Virus record (IMG/VR): IMGVR_UViG_3300020045_004338
Location: 1-34,997 of that record
Direction: 5' to 3' (one strand)
DNA length: 34,997 nucleotides
Source: a virus
Taxonomy: Duplodnaviria; Caudoviricetes
Part shown: positions 26,466 through 34,288 of the stretch, piece by piece
Numbering within the stretch: position 1 is the first letter of the stretch
Layout of the letters: each line of letters opens with the position of its first letter
Notes under the pieces: generated by a model
Database searches by the model: none
What the model was told of the DNA's origin: nothing
The model's input: only the letters and a program-made list of their open reading frames with translations
Position numbers and translations under genes: made by a program

Positions 26466-27138
26466 CGACGGGTTCTGGTCGCACCCGAAAGTGCTCGAGT
26501 TGTCCGATGGGGCGGTCGCACTCTGGGCGCGGGCTGGGGCGTACTCGGCGGGGCATCTGACCGATGGGGTTGTGAAGGGTTCCACGCTCAGGCTGTTGGC
26601 GTCTGACCGTGACCATGCGGTTGAGCTGGTGTTGGCTGGGTTGTGGGATGAGCACCCGGATGGGTACGTGTTCCACGACTGGGTTGATTATCAGCCGACG
26701 CGGGAGCAGGTGGAGGCGGAGCGGGAAGCGACACGGGCGCGGGTCGCGAAGAGCCGCGAACGCCGCTCCGGTAACGGTGTGAGTAACGGTGTTACAGCAC
26801 CCGTTAGTAACGGTGTTAGTAACAGTGCCCCGTCCCGTCCCGTCCCGTCCCGTCCCGACCCGACCATGACTACATCTCAAGTCAGTCATGCGACCCCTGT
26901 GGATAACTCAGCCAGGGGGACGTTGAGCGGTCTGGGGATCAACCCTGACCGACTGATGAGTGAGATCAAGTCGCACACCGGAAGGCAAGTGGGACCGGTT
27001 GGTGCGCTGCAAGTTGCTATGGCCTGGTTGGACCGTGGCGTGAACGTGAAGAAACCGCTGCCGTACCTCGTGACGTGTCTCCGTGAGGGGGCTGTCGAGG
27101 TGCAGCAGTTCATCGACGAGAACGGACTAAGCACATGA
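26446..27138 (+). CDS. Replication initiator-like protein
   Basis: WFKIDDGFWSHPK, TDG, AGLW, FHDW.DYQP motifs of actinophage Rep-like proteins; GGAGG RBS; internal repeats. Confidence 0.8.
   Translation: MVWFKIDDGFWSHPKVLELSDGAVALWARAGAYSAGHLTDGVVKGSTLRLLASDRDHAVELVLAGLWDEHPDGYVFHDWVDYQPTREQVEAEREATRARVAKSRERRSGNGVSNGVTAPVSNGVSNSAPSRPVPSRPDPTMTTSQVSHATPVDNSARGTLSGLGINPDRLMSEIKSHTGRQVGPVGALQVAMAWLDRGVNVKKPLPYLVTCLREGAVEVQQFIDENGLST
26771..26863. repeat. Iteron-like repeats and pentamer tract inside rep (putative origin)
   Basis: GTAAC(G/A)GTG at 26771, 26783, 26807, 26819, then (CCCGT)5(CCCGA)2 at 26829-26863. Confidence 0.65.
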
Positions 27139-27362
27139 CCGACTATCTAATCGGCGATCGGATGCGTTCGGCGAGGTTGCGCCTGAAGCTCTCACAAACG
27201 GAACTTGCCGAAGAAGTCGCCCTACGGATCGGCACGTGGACCCAAACTACCGTTTCCAGAACGGAACGTTCCGAGCGGGATATGACGGCGCGGGAAGCGC
27301 CCGCAGTGGCCGAAGTGCTGGGCGTGCCCGTCCTGTGGCTCATAGGGGTTCACGATGACTGA
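27135..27362 (+). CDS. XRE-family HTH protein
   Basis: IGDRMRSAR...LSQTELA...WTQTTVSRTE...AEVLGVPVLWL. Confidence 0.88.
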   Translation: MTDYLIGDRMRSARLRLKLSQTELAEEVALRIGTWTQTTVSRTERSERDMTAREAPAVAEVLGVPVLWLIGVHDD

Positions 27363-27633
27363 CCGTGACTGGACCCAACTGATCGACAAGAAAGCGGCGG
27401 CCCGTGAACAGTTCCCGCCGCTTCACCGTGTGATCCGTGAACGCCCCGGCACCAACACCGACCGGGCGAACCGGGAGTTCTGGGCGGCGGACAACCGACG
27501 CGACTACCACCCGGTGACACCGACTGAGCAGGAACGTGACGCGGACCAGTTCATCCGTGCCATGCGGGACAAGCAGCAGGCCGAGTTCCTGGCCCGCTTT
27601 GAACAGAAACGCAACGAAAGGAAGGCCAGCTAA
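27355..27633 (+). CDS. Hypothetical protein
   Basis: Overlaps both neighbours in the operon. Confidence 0.65.
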   Translation: MTDRDWTQLIDKKAAAREQFPPLHRVIRERPGTNTDRANREFWAADNRRDYHPVTPTEQERDADQFIRAMRDKQQAEFLARFEQKRNERKAS

Positions 27634-28112
27634 TGGCGAACGAAACGATCATCACCGTGGTGGGGAACCTGACCGCTGACCCTGAACTCCGGTACATGCA
27701 GAGCGGGGTGGCGGTCGCGAACTTCACGATCGCGTCGACCCCGCGAACGTTCGACCGGCAGTCGAATGAGTGGAAGGACGGTGACGCACTGTTTCTGCGG
27801 GCGTCGGTGTGGCGTGAGTTCGCGGAGCATGTCGCCGGGTCGTTGACGAAGGGGATGCGGGTTGTCGCGACCGGGCAGTTGAAGCAGCGGGCGTATAAGG
27901 ACCGTGACGGGAACGACCGGACGGCGATCGAGTTGGAGGTGGACGAGATTGGTCCGAGCCTCAGGTACGCGACGGCGCAGGTTGTGCGTGCGGCGTCCAC
28001 GGGCGGGCCTGGTGGCCGTTCGGGAGCGCCGGCGGGTGATTGGTCCACCCCGGTCGCGTCAGGCCCGGAGGCGGGCGTGTGGGGTGCGGACGATGCCAAC
28101 CTCCCGTTCTGA
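27633..28112 (+). CDS. ssb: Single-stranded DNA-binding protein
   Basis: [37 protein letters not shown], acidic ...LPF tail. Confidence 0.97.
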   Translation: MANETIITVVGNLTADPELRYMQSGVAVANFTIASTPRTFDRQSNEWKDGDALFLRASVWREFAEHVAGSLTKGMRVVATGQLKQRAYKDRDGNDRTAIELEVDEIGPSLRYATAQVVRAASTGGPGGRSGAPAGDWSTPVASGPEAGVWGADDANLPF

Positions 28113-28122
28113 CGGTGCCCGC

Positions 28123-28701
28123 ATGAGTACCCGTGAACAGGAAGCGCGAACCGAAGCGTTCAAACGCTACGACGGCGACCGGATCATCGACGAGAACACC
28201 GGCGAGGAGACGAGCCACGATGACTGGGGCTACGCCGAGACGGCACGGCAGGCGTTTCTGGCTGGGGTCGGGTGGGCGGATGCTCACCGTCCCGCCGTAC
28301 CAGACACCACCGATGAAGACGCGCTGTTCGCCCGGCTGGATGCCGTCGCGGCTAGTGAGGTGTGGCGCAACCGAGGAACAGAAGCGCCGTGGGTTCAGCC
28401 CGTGTTGCAGGATCTCGCACCGCGCCTCTCGTACTGGGCGGGCCGGTTGACGGACATGGACCTTACCGAGGAGGAGTCGGGGGTTGTGTCGGGTTTGCTG
28501 ATCGAAGCCCGGAACGCCGCTGCTGGTCCTGTTGTGGATGAAGCCGCCGTAGAGCGGGCGAAACACGCCGTCCGTAGCGAGATGGTCGATCGCACCTACG
28601 ACCGCCACGCCTACAACGATGACGTATTCGAGGAGGGCGTGGATGACATCGCCCGAGCCGCTCTGCTTGCCGCGTTCCCACCCGTGGGGTCGGAGAAGTG
28701 A
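28123..28701 (+). CDS. Hypothetical protein
   Basis: ATG 28123; RQAFLAG..WA motif; ends AFPPVGSEK. Confidence 0.7.
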   Translation: MSTREQEARTEAFKRYDGDRIIDENTGEETSHDDWGYAETARQAFLAGVGWADAHRPAVPDTTDEDALFARLDAVAASEVWRNRGTEAPWVQPVLQDLAPRLSYWAGRLTDMDLTEEESGVVSGLLIEARNAAAGPVVDEAAVERAKHAVRSEMVDRTYDRHAYNDDVFEEGVDDIARAALLAAFPPVGSEK

Positions 28702-29186
28702 GCCTGCGGATCGTGCCCGTTGATCTGGCGACCGCGCGTGATTTCGTGGCACTGCACCACCGGCACAACGACCCGCCCATCGGGCACAAATTCAGCGTCG
28801 GTGTCGCGGAAGGTGACCAGCTGGTCGGTGTCGCGATCGTCGGGCGTCCCGTATCGCGTGTGATCCAGTCCGAGGGGGCGACGCTTGAGGTGATACGCAC
28901 CGCGACTGACGGGACTCGCAACGCGAACTCGATGCTCTACGGTGCCGCACGTCGCGCCGCGTTCGCGCTCGGCTACGACCGGCTCATTACCTACACACAG
29001 GCCGATGAGTCCGGGGCGAGCCTCCGGGCGGCGGGGTTCCGTGTGGTCGCTCAACGCCCACCACGGCCCGGCTGGGACACCCCGTCCCGCCGCCGCACGA
29101 ACAAGGCCGACAACGTGCCCCGGACGCTCTGGGACACCGCGTTCCCACCCGTGAACCACAACACCAAACAGGAGCAAGAACGATGA
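28698..29186 (+). CDS. XF1762-like protein (GNAT-like fold suspected)
   Basis: FVALHHRH, GHKFS, GVAIVGRPVSR, LEV.R..TDGT.NA.S.LYGA, GY...ITYT...ESGASLRAAG. Confidence 0.8.
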   Translation: MSLRIVPVDLATARDFVALHHRHNDPPIGHKFSVGVAEGDQLVGVAIVGRPVSRVIQSEGATLEVIRTATDGTRNANSMLYGAARRAAFALGYDRLITYTQADESGASLRAAGFRVVAQRPPRPGWDTPSRRRTNKADNVPRTLWDTAFPPVNHNTKQEQER

Positions 29187-29446
29187 GGATGACGCAGTTC
29201 AATTCAACGTGGCCGCGAGTGGTTCGGTCCACCGCGGTCGATGACTCGTCGATGATCGCGATCGACGGGACGAACTTCGAGGACGGTCTGCGCCGGATCG
29301 TCGTCGGCGTCGAGGTGACGCCCGAAGCGGTGCGCATCATCGAGGAAGCGCTGATCCAGATCGACTGGGCCGATCAGCAGCGGTCCTGGTTCGAGACGAT
29401 GCTCACCGCCGCCCCCACCCCTACCGAACAGGAGCAAGAACGATGA
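29183..29446 (+). CDS. Cassette hypothetical protein
   Basis: Starts in a boundary repeat; ends PTPTEQEQER. Confidence 0.75.
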   Translation: MRMTQFNSTWPRVVRSTAVDDSSMIAIDGTNFEDGLRRIVVGVEVTPEAVRIIEEALIQIDWADQQRSWFETMLTAAPTPTEQEQER

Positions 29447-29805
29447 TCGCGAGACTAACGGTCGAGTATGGCGACGGCCTGACAGAGTACCCCATCGCTG
29501 AGGAGGTACGTGGTGGGTGGGAGAACGGTGTCCGGTTCTATCCCGATGAGAACGTGACCGAGGTGAAGCCCCTGCACGTCGTCCCCGCCGCACCAATCCT
29601 CGAGGAGGTGGGGAGCGGGCCGATCTCCACGAACCCAATCCTCAGAGGCGTCGATCTTGCGGTGGATCGTCTGGTCAGGACCGACACGTTCACCGACCGC
29701 ACTCTGCGAGTGCTGGATGCGCTGCGAGCCGAGGTGCTCGGCGTTGACACGCCCGAGGCACTTCGCGCCCACTACACGGGCGAACAGGAGCAGAGCAATG
29801 ACTGA
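29443..29805 (+). CDS. Cassette hypothetical protein
   Basis: Starts in a boundary repeat; ends GEQEQSND. Confidence 0.75.
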   Translation: MIARLTVEYGDGLTEYPIAEEVRGGWENGVRFYPDENVTEVKPLHVVPAAPILEEVGSGPISTNPILRGVDLAVDRLVRTDTFTDRTLRVLDALRAEVLGVDTPEALRAHYTGEQEQSND

Positions 29806-30061
29806 GGGTGCACGGTCACTCGCCACGCAGGAGGGGTTCGCACGGTTCGTCGCGATCCTCAACGCGCAGGAGGCATGGCGTGGGATGACCAAAGCGCAGC
29901 GCGTTGCCGTGGCGGGCCGCCTGCACGGCGCTGTCCGGGCTCAGACGATGACCGCGCTCGAGGAACGAGGACTTGTCAGCGACGGAATGCTGACGACGTG
30001 GGGCGATTGGGTGCGATCCGTGAACCACGATCCCACCCCTACCGAACAGGAGCAGCCATGA
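29798..30061 (+). CDS. Cassette hypothetical protein (winged-helix-like)
   Basis: MTEGARS...MTKAQR...ALEERGLV...LTTWG; ends PTPTEQEQP. Confidence 0.75.
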   Translation: MTEGARSLATQEGFARFVAILNAQEAWRGMTKAQRVAVAGRLHGAVRAQTMTALEERGLVSDGMLTTWGDWVRSVNHDPTPTEQEQP

Positions 30062-30267
30062 GCTACGACGCGCCGCCGCAGATAGCTGATCCGCCCCGTT
30101 GCCAGGCGCAGTGCGCCGAGGACGTAAGCGACTTTCCGTCGATGACGTACCACGCCTGCACCAAAGGCCAGCACATGCCGCACCACCACCTGTGCGCGTG
30201 CGGCTGGGTTTGGCAGGACGAAGCATGGCGTCCCGAACCTACCGAACAGGAGCAGAGCAATGACTGA
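30058..30267 (+). CDS. Cassette Cys/His-rich protein
   Basis: MSYDAPP...C...C...H...H.CACG..W; ends PTEQEQSND. Confidence 0.75.
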   Translation: MSYDAPPQIADPPRCQAQCAEDVSDFPSMTYHACTKGQHMPHHHLCACGWVWQDEAWRPEPTEQEQSND

Positions 30268-30523
30268 GCAGCGACGGTTCACCTCACGCCTGGGCCCGGC
30301 GCTGGAAGCTCACATCGCCCAGACCGGGAAGCCCGTCGGCACGTGTGTCGTGTATCCATTCCACAAGTCGTATCCCGAGATGCCTGATCTGTTCCACGTC
30401 CGCTGCGCGCAGCACCCAGACTTCGGCTTCTGCGGGGAGAAAGACGCCGCGGAGGCAGAAGCGCGCGCACACACGATGACGCACGGTTCGGGCGAACAGG
30501 AGCAGAGCAATGGCCGATGGTAG
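30260..30523 (+). CDS. Cassette hypothetical protein
   Basis: Starts in a boundary repeat; ends GEQEQSNGRW. Confidence 0.75.
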   Translation: MTEQRRFTSRLGPALEAHIAQTGKPVGTCVVYPFHKSYPEMPDLFHVRCAQHPDFGFCGEKDAAEAEARAHTMTHGSGEQEQSNGRW

Positions 30524-30620
30524 CCCGACCCGCGACTGGTGGGTCACATGTCCAACTTGCATCGCGGCGGCGACCGCAGACACTGAGTCGCCCGAACAGG
30601 AGCAGAGCAATGGCTGCTGA
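30510..30620 (+). CDS. Cassette micro-protein (36 aa)
   Basis: MADGSPTRDWWVTCPTCIAAATADTESPEQEQSNGC*; bounded by two repeats; not in the ORF track. Confidence 0.6.
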   Translation: MADGSPTRDWWVTCPTCIAAATADTESPEQEQSNGC

Positions 30621-30753
30621 AGCGCACGTCGTCGAGTACATGCAAGCCCAATGCGACGACTGCGACTGGGCCGGGGAACGCCGCTTCTACTGGACCGACG
30701 CCGACGCGGACGCCCGCATCCACGACGAACAACACCACAGGGAGACGCCGTGA
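30610..30753 (+). CDS. Cassette zinc-finger micro-protein (47 aa)
   Basis: CDDCDW...H...HH; starts in a boundary repeat. Confidence 0.7.
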   Translation: MAAEAHVVEYMQAQCDDCDWAGERRFYWTDADADARIHDEQHHRETP

Positions 30754-30953
30754 CGGAAACGTTCATGAAACGGTCCACCACCGTCACCACACTCCCCGAA
30801 GCGTGGGGGTTCGTGATGGGGGAAGTGGACCGGTTCACACGCCCCAGCATCCAGATCCGCGCGTTCACCAGGGTGTCGTGGACAACGGATGCGACCACTG
30901 AGTTGTACGAGGTGACCGTGAGTGGCACCACCGACCCCCCGGAGGACCAATGA
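30750..30953 (+). CDS. Hypothetical protein
   Basis: GGGAG RBS; GTGA and ATGA coupling. Confidence 0.65.
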   Translation: MTETFMKRSTTVTTLPEAWGFVMGEVDRFTRPSIQIRAFTRVSWTTDATTELYEVTVSGTTDPPEDQ

Positions 30954-31606
30954 GTATCGACATTGAGCAGTTGACCCACGATCACAAGAAAGCGGTGCAC
31001 ACGGTTGACGGCCTCGAGATCCACACGGTGCCGGCGCTGATCGCCCAACTCCGTGAAGCCCTGTTCGCCGGGTTGGGTGCTGACGGTGCCGGTGGCGGGC
31101 ACCGGTCGAAGCTCCCGTTGCAGGCTGCCGCGTTGGACCTGTACATGCTGATCGACCGTCAGATCACGGAGGTGTGGGTGGCGGCGTTTCACCGTGTCCC
31201 GAACGCTGACCGGCCCGAGCAGTTGCTTGCGGAGTGGGCGGCGTGGGCGGGGGAGGAGTCGATCGTGCCACTCGGTGAGGGGACGGTGTACGCCACCGCA
31301 GCTGTCGCACACTGGGTGACGTTGATCGAGGATTACCTGAACCCGCCGCGAAGGGCGGAGATCAACGCCCCGTGCGTGCAGTGCGGGGAACGGTACACAT
31401 ACAGGTCTGTTGATGGTGAGACGGTGCGGTCGGCGGCGTTGACGTTTACCCGGTCGAAGGACACGGGCGATACGTTGGATGCGAGGTGTGGGGCGTGTGC
31501 GGCGGTGTGGTTGCCGTCACAGTTCCTGTTCCTCGCGGAACAGATCGGACGAGTCATCGAAAACGAAGGAGCAGATCATGGCAGTGACGTACGAACCGAC
31601 GCCTGA
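30950..31606 (+). CDS. Zinc-ribbon protein, possible late-gene regulator
   Basis: GGAGG RBS; PALIAQLREA, SKLPL, CVQC...CGAC...W; similar genes commonly end actinophage early operons (function inferred). Confidence 0.65.
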   Translation: MSIDIEQLTHDHKKAVHTVDGLEIHTVPALIAQLREALFAGLGADGAGGGHRSKLPLQAAALDLYMLIDRQITEVWVAAFHRVPNADRPEQLLAEWAAWAGEESIVPLGEGTVYATAAVAHWVTLIEDYLNPPRRAEINAPCVQCGERYTYRSVDGETVRSAALTFTRSKDTGDTLDARCGACAAVWLPSQFLFLAEQIGRVIENEGADHGSDVRTDA

Positions 31607-31811
31607 CAAGCGGACCAACCAGGGCGAACTGCTGTCGCGGATCTTCGGCGTCCCGCTGAACCTGATCCTCGAGGACTGGAAGGCCGAGTCCTGGGGGAAC
31701 TCCGACAAGGCGCTGGTCACTATCAGCCTGGCGAAGGTGGTTTCCCGCGAAGAGTTCAGCGCTCTCATCAACGGCCTGCGCGTCGCGGACGAAGGAGCAG
31801 CAGGTGGCTAG
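31578..31811 (+). CDS. Hypothetical protein
   Basis: ACGAAGGAGCAG RBS motif before ATG 31578. Confidence 0.7.
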   Translation: MAVTYEPTPDKRTNQGELLSRIFGVPLNLILEDWKAESWGNSDKALVTISLAKVVSREEFSALINGLRVADEGAAGG

Positions 31812-32025
31812 GGTCGTCGTCTTCCATCGCGGCTACGGGTGCGAATCCGGGTGCTGCGGTCACGCGGTCAGCGTGGACGGTGTAGAGGTCGAAGGGTCGT
31901 TCTCTTTCGATCACCCGCACGACCAGCCCGCTATCGAGTACGCGCGCGAGGTCGTGGAAGACATCATGGGTGCCGAGCATGTGAAAGACCTCGACTGGGA
32001 CAACTGCCTCATCCTCAACGAATGA
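31804..32025 (+). CDS. Hypothetical protein
   Basis: ACGAAGGAGCAG RBS motif before GTG; YGCESGCCGH motif. Confidence 0.7.
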   Translation: MARVVVFHRGYGCESGCCGHAVSVDGVEVEGSFSFDHPHDQPAIEYAREVVEDIMGAEHVKDLDWDNCLILNE

Positions 32026-32108
32026 CACGCCGAACCATGTTGCGTGTTGCCCCACCGGCATGGTATGTGACACACTGGTAGTGCCGCAGGACAAGTGTGT
32101 CCGCGCTC

Positions 32109-32143
32109 AACCCTCCAACCTTCAGGTCGGGGGGTTTCTTGTT
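32109..32143 (+). terminator. Terminator-like hairpin
   Basis: AACCCTCCAACC-ttca-GGTCGGGGGGTT followed by TCTTGTT. Confidence 0.55.
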
Positions 32144-32320
32144 GTCCCGGTGGCCCGTTCCCCCCAGATCGGGTTGTCGGGCTGTTCACCGTGAGGTGAG
32201 CCACCACCCCGCACACGCGATGCGGGCGATATGCCCCTCCGGACGGCTGTCCGTAGTTCGCTGAGATGGGCGCAGCAACCAATTGCATATGACGCAGCCA
32301 CGTAATGGTGAGGGCGTCAC

Positions 32321-32470
32321 GGGCCGAATGGTTTCGACCTTGAACAGTCCGCGAGGACATCGACGTGAGAACGAAGGCTAGCGCGCTGGATGGTTGGGCG
32401 CGAGTGTTGCTGCCTATGCCTTCGTCGCTGACTGTTCAGGTAACAGCGGGTTCGACTCCCGCACGGTCCA
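32321..32470 (+). ncRNA. Miniature tmRNA-like RNA (tRNA-like domain plus ~80-nt insert)
   Basis: 5' GGGCCGAATGGTTTCGAC like tmRNA 5' ends; 11-bp P2-like helix; T arm GCGGG-TTCGACT-CCCGC; acceptor GGGCCG/CGGTCC with G3:U70 and discriminator A. Confidence 0.75.
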
Positions 32471-32515
32471 CACAACTCAAAACCGCGATCCCCCGACCGG
32501 AAGGCGTAAGGGCCA

Positions 32516-32749
32516 GTGAACCTCTCCGAGCGACTGGCCTCACCGCCAGCACAACGTGCACCCCGTTCACGCATGGACGACTGGTGCGACACCCTCACCG
32601 ACACGGAACGCGCCGCAGTCCACGCCGCCGCACTCAACCCCGCGTGGGGACACGTTGCGTTGCGTGACGCGCTCGCCGCTGAAGGCGCACCCCGCCTGTC
32701 CGACAACTCCCTCGCCGCGTGGCGTCGGAAGATCGGGTGGACCGCATGA
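32516..32749 (+). CDS. Hypothetical protein (HTH-like)
   Basis: ATGA coupling to the phosphoesterase; start uncertain (32516 or 32574). Confidence 0.65.
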   Translation: MNLSERLASPPAQRAPRSRMDDWCDTLTDTERAAVHAAALNPAWGHVALRDALAAEGAPRLSDNSLAAWRRKIGWTA

Positions 32750-33882
32750 ACCTCGAACCGCCCCTTCCCACACCGCCCAAGCAGTACCAGCAGCACGCCG
32801 AATGGGACGCCGCCACAGGTACAGGCACAGCAGCCACCGGAGCCGTCCGCACCATCGTGTCCGACGAACGGCAACTGCTCGAGCTCGCCGGCCTCGACCC
32901 CGACGCATGGCGCATCACCGGGCGCATCCAACAATGGACCAAAACGCACAACGGGAAAGACGACACCTACTCGTTCTTCTTCCCGTTCGAGAAGATCCGT
33001 CCCGACGAGGACGCACCAGACCTACCAGCCCTCTACGCCGAAGCAAAACGCAAACCGAGAACCCCCATCAGGGGGACGGCTGACAGCCGAGTTACTGTCG
33101 TTGCACTATCGGACGTTCAGGCGGGCAAGGTAGACCATCGGGGTGGAACCCCGGAACTCATCGACAGGCTCGAGGGGATGCGGCACAAGCTCGCCGCGCT
33201 CCTCAAGCAACGCCGCCCCACCTCAACGGTCCTCGCTGAGGTGGGCGACCTGTTCGAGGGGTTCGAGTCGGGCGGGAACCCGATGTTCACCAACGACCTG
33301 TCACTGTCCCAGCAGATGGACCTTGCCGGGACCGAGGTGTACCGGTTCGTTGAGTTGATGCACCGTCACGGACCCGTACGGGTTGTGTCGATCCCGTCGA
33401 ACCACACCGCGTGGCGCTCCGGGAAGCAGCAGCTGGGACGCCCCGGCGACGACCTCGGCATCTTCGTGCACCGGCAGGTCGAGAAACTAGCCCGCACTGC
33501 TGGCATCGACGCGACGTGGACGTACCCGGAGATGTACGACGAATCAGTCGTCGTTGACATCCTCGGCACCAACCTGGGTGTCGTCCACGGGAACCAGTAC
33601 CAGCCCGGTCAGGCCGTCACCTGGTGGCAGAAGCAGCAGCACGGTGGGATGCCGACCGCGCGCGCCGACATCCTCCTGACGGGCCACTACCACCATTTGA
33701 CCGTGATCCCCACGGGCCGTAACCCTCACACGGGCAAAGCGAAGTGGTGGTTGCAGGCACCGACAACGGACAACGGTTCATCGTGGTTCCGCAACGTCGG
33801 CGGCGGGGATAGTGACGCGGGCCTGCTCGTGTTCGACATCACGGAGGACGGGTTCGACCTCTCCTCACTGACCATCTTGTAA
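32746..33882 (+). CDS. Calcineurin-like metallophosphoesterase
   Basis: LSDVQ, GDLFEG, SNH, HG, GHYHH motifs in canonical order. Confidence 0.88.
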   Translation: MNLEPPLPTPPKQYQQHAEWDAATGTGTAATGAVRTIVSDERQLLELAGLDPDAWRITGRIQQWTKTHNGKDDTYSFFFPFEKIRPDEDAPDLPALYAEAKRKPRTPIRGTADSRVTVVALSDVQAGKVDHRGGTPELIDRLEGMRHKLAALLKQRRPTSTVLAEVGDLFEGFESGGNPMFTNDLSLSQQMDLAGTEVYRFVELMHRHGPVRVVSIPSNHTAWRSGKQQLGRPGDDLGIFVHRQVEKLARTAGIDATWTYPEMYDESVVVDILGTNLGVVHGNQYQPGQAVTWWQKQQHGGMPTARADILLTGHYHHLTVIPTGRNPHTGKAKWWLQAPTTDNGSSWFRNVGGGDSDAGLLVFDITEDGFDLSSLTIL

Positions 33883-34113
33883 CCGCGTATCGCGGCACAA
33901 GCTAGCCCCGGCTGGTCACCGGGCATGGGTACCCAACCGACCAGGCGTATCGCAGGCCTACAACAACGCGAAGGCGTGGCGTGGCTCAGGTGCCACCTAA
34001 TGGGGATCGCAGCCAGCGACCACCACGCCGCCCCCTACTTCACCGGGCAACAGCACAGCCCTGATAACCACCGGACATAAGCGAAACTCCACACCCCACG
34101 ATCGGGGGCACGC

Positions 34114-34278
34114 ATGACCGCACAATACTGCGATGGTTGCGGCCCGCACGTGCGCGCGAAAGTCATCGTGACTCTCACCTCAGGTGGCCTACTCACGTAC
34201 TGCAACAGCCATTACACGCAGTACCGGATCGCCCTTGAACGGGCGGACGCATTGACCTACAAGATCGCCGACGACTAA
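34114..34278 (+). CDS. Small zinc-binding protein (54 aa)
   Basis: MTAQYCDGCGPHVRAKVIVTLTSGGLLTYCNSH...; resembles a common small actinobacterial CxxC/CxxH protein. Confidence 0.7.
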   Translation: MTAQYCDGCGPHVRAKVIVTLTSGGLLTYCNSHYTQYRIALERADALTYKIADD

Positions 34279-34288
34279 GGAACGGGTG

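Larger units (their letters stand above)
29166..30612 (+). repeat. Seven dispersed gene-boundary repeats (G/A)AACAGGAGCA-N3-6-ATG
   Basis: Copies end at the ATGs at 29183, 29443, 29798, 30058, 30260, 30510 and 30610. Confidence 0.9.

Noticed and set aside
27517-27540. TPTEQER peptide resembling the cassette tails
   Set aside because: Internal to an ORF, DNA differs from the boundary repeat, and no start codon follows
29166-30612. CRISPR array or integron attC array
   Set aside because: Repeats are short, non-palindromic RBS-containing motifs separated by whole genes of variable length; no attC-like inverted structure seen
34068-34090. Hammerhead ribozyme (CTGATAA...CGAAA)
   Set aside because: Core deviates from CUGANGA and no stem II forms between the two motifs
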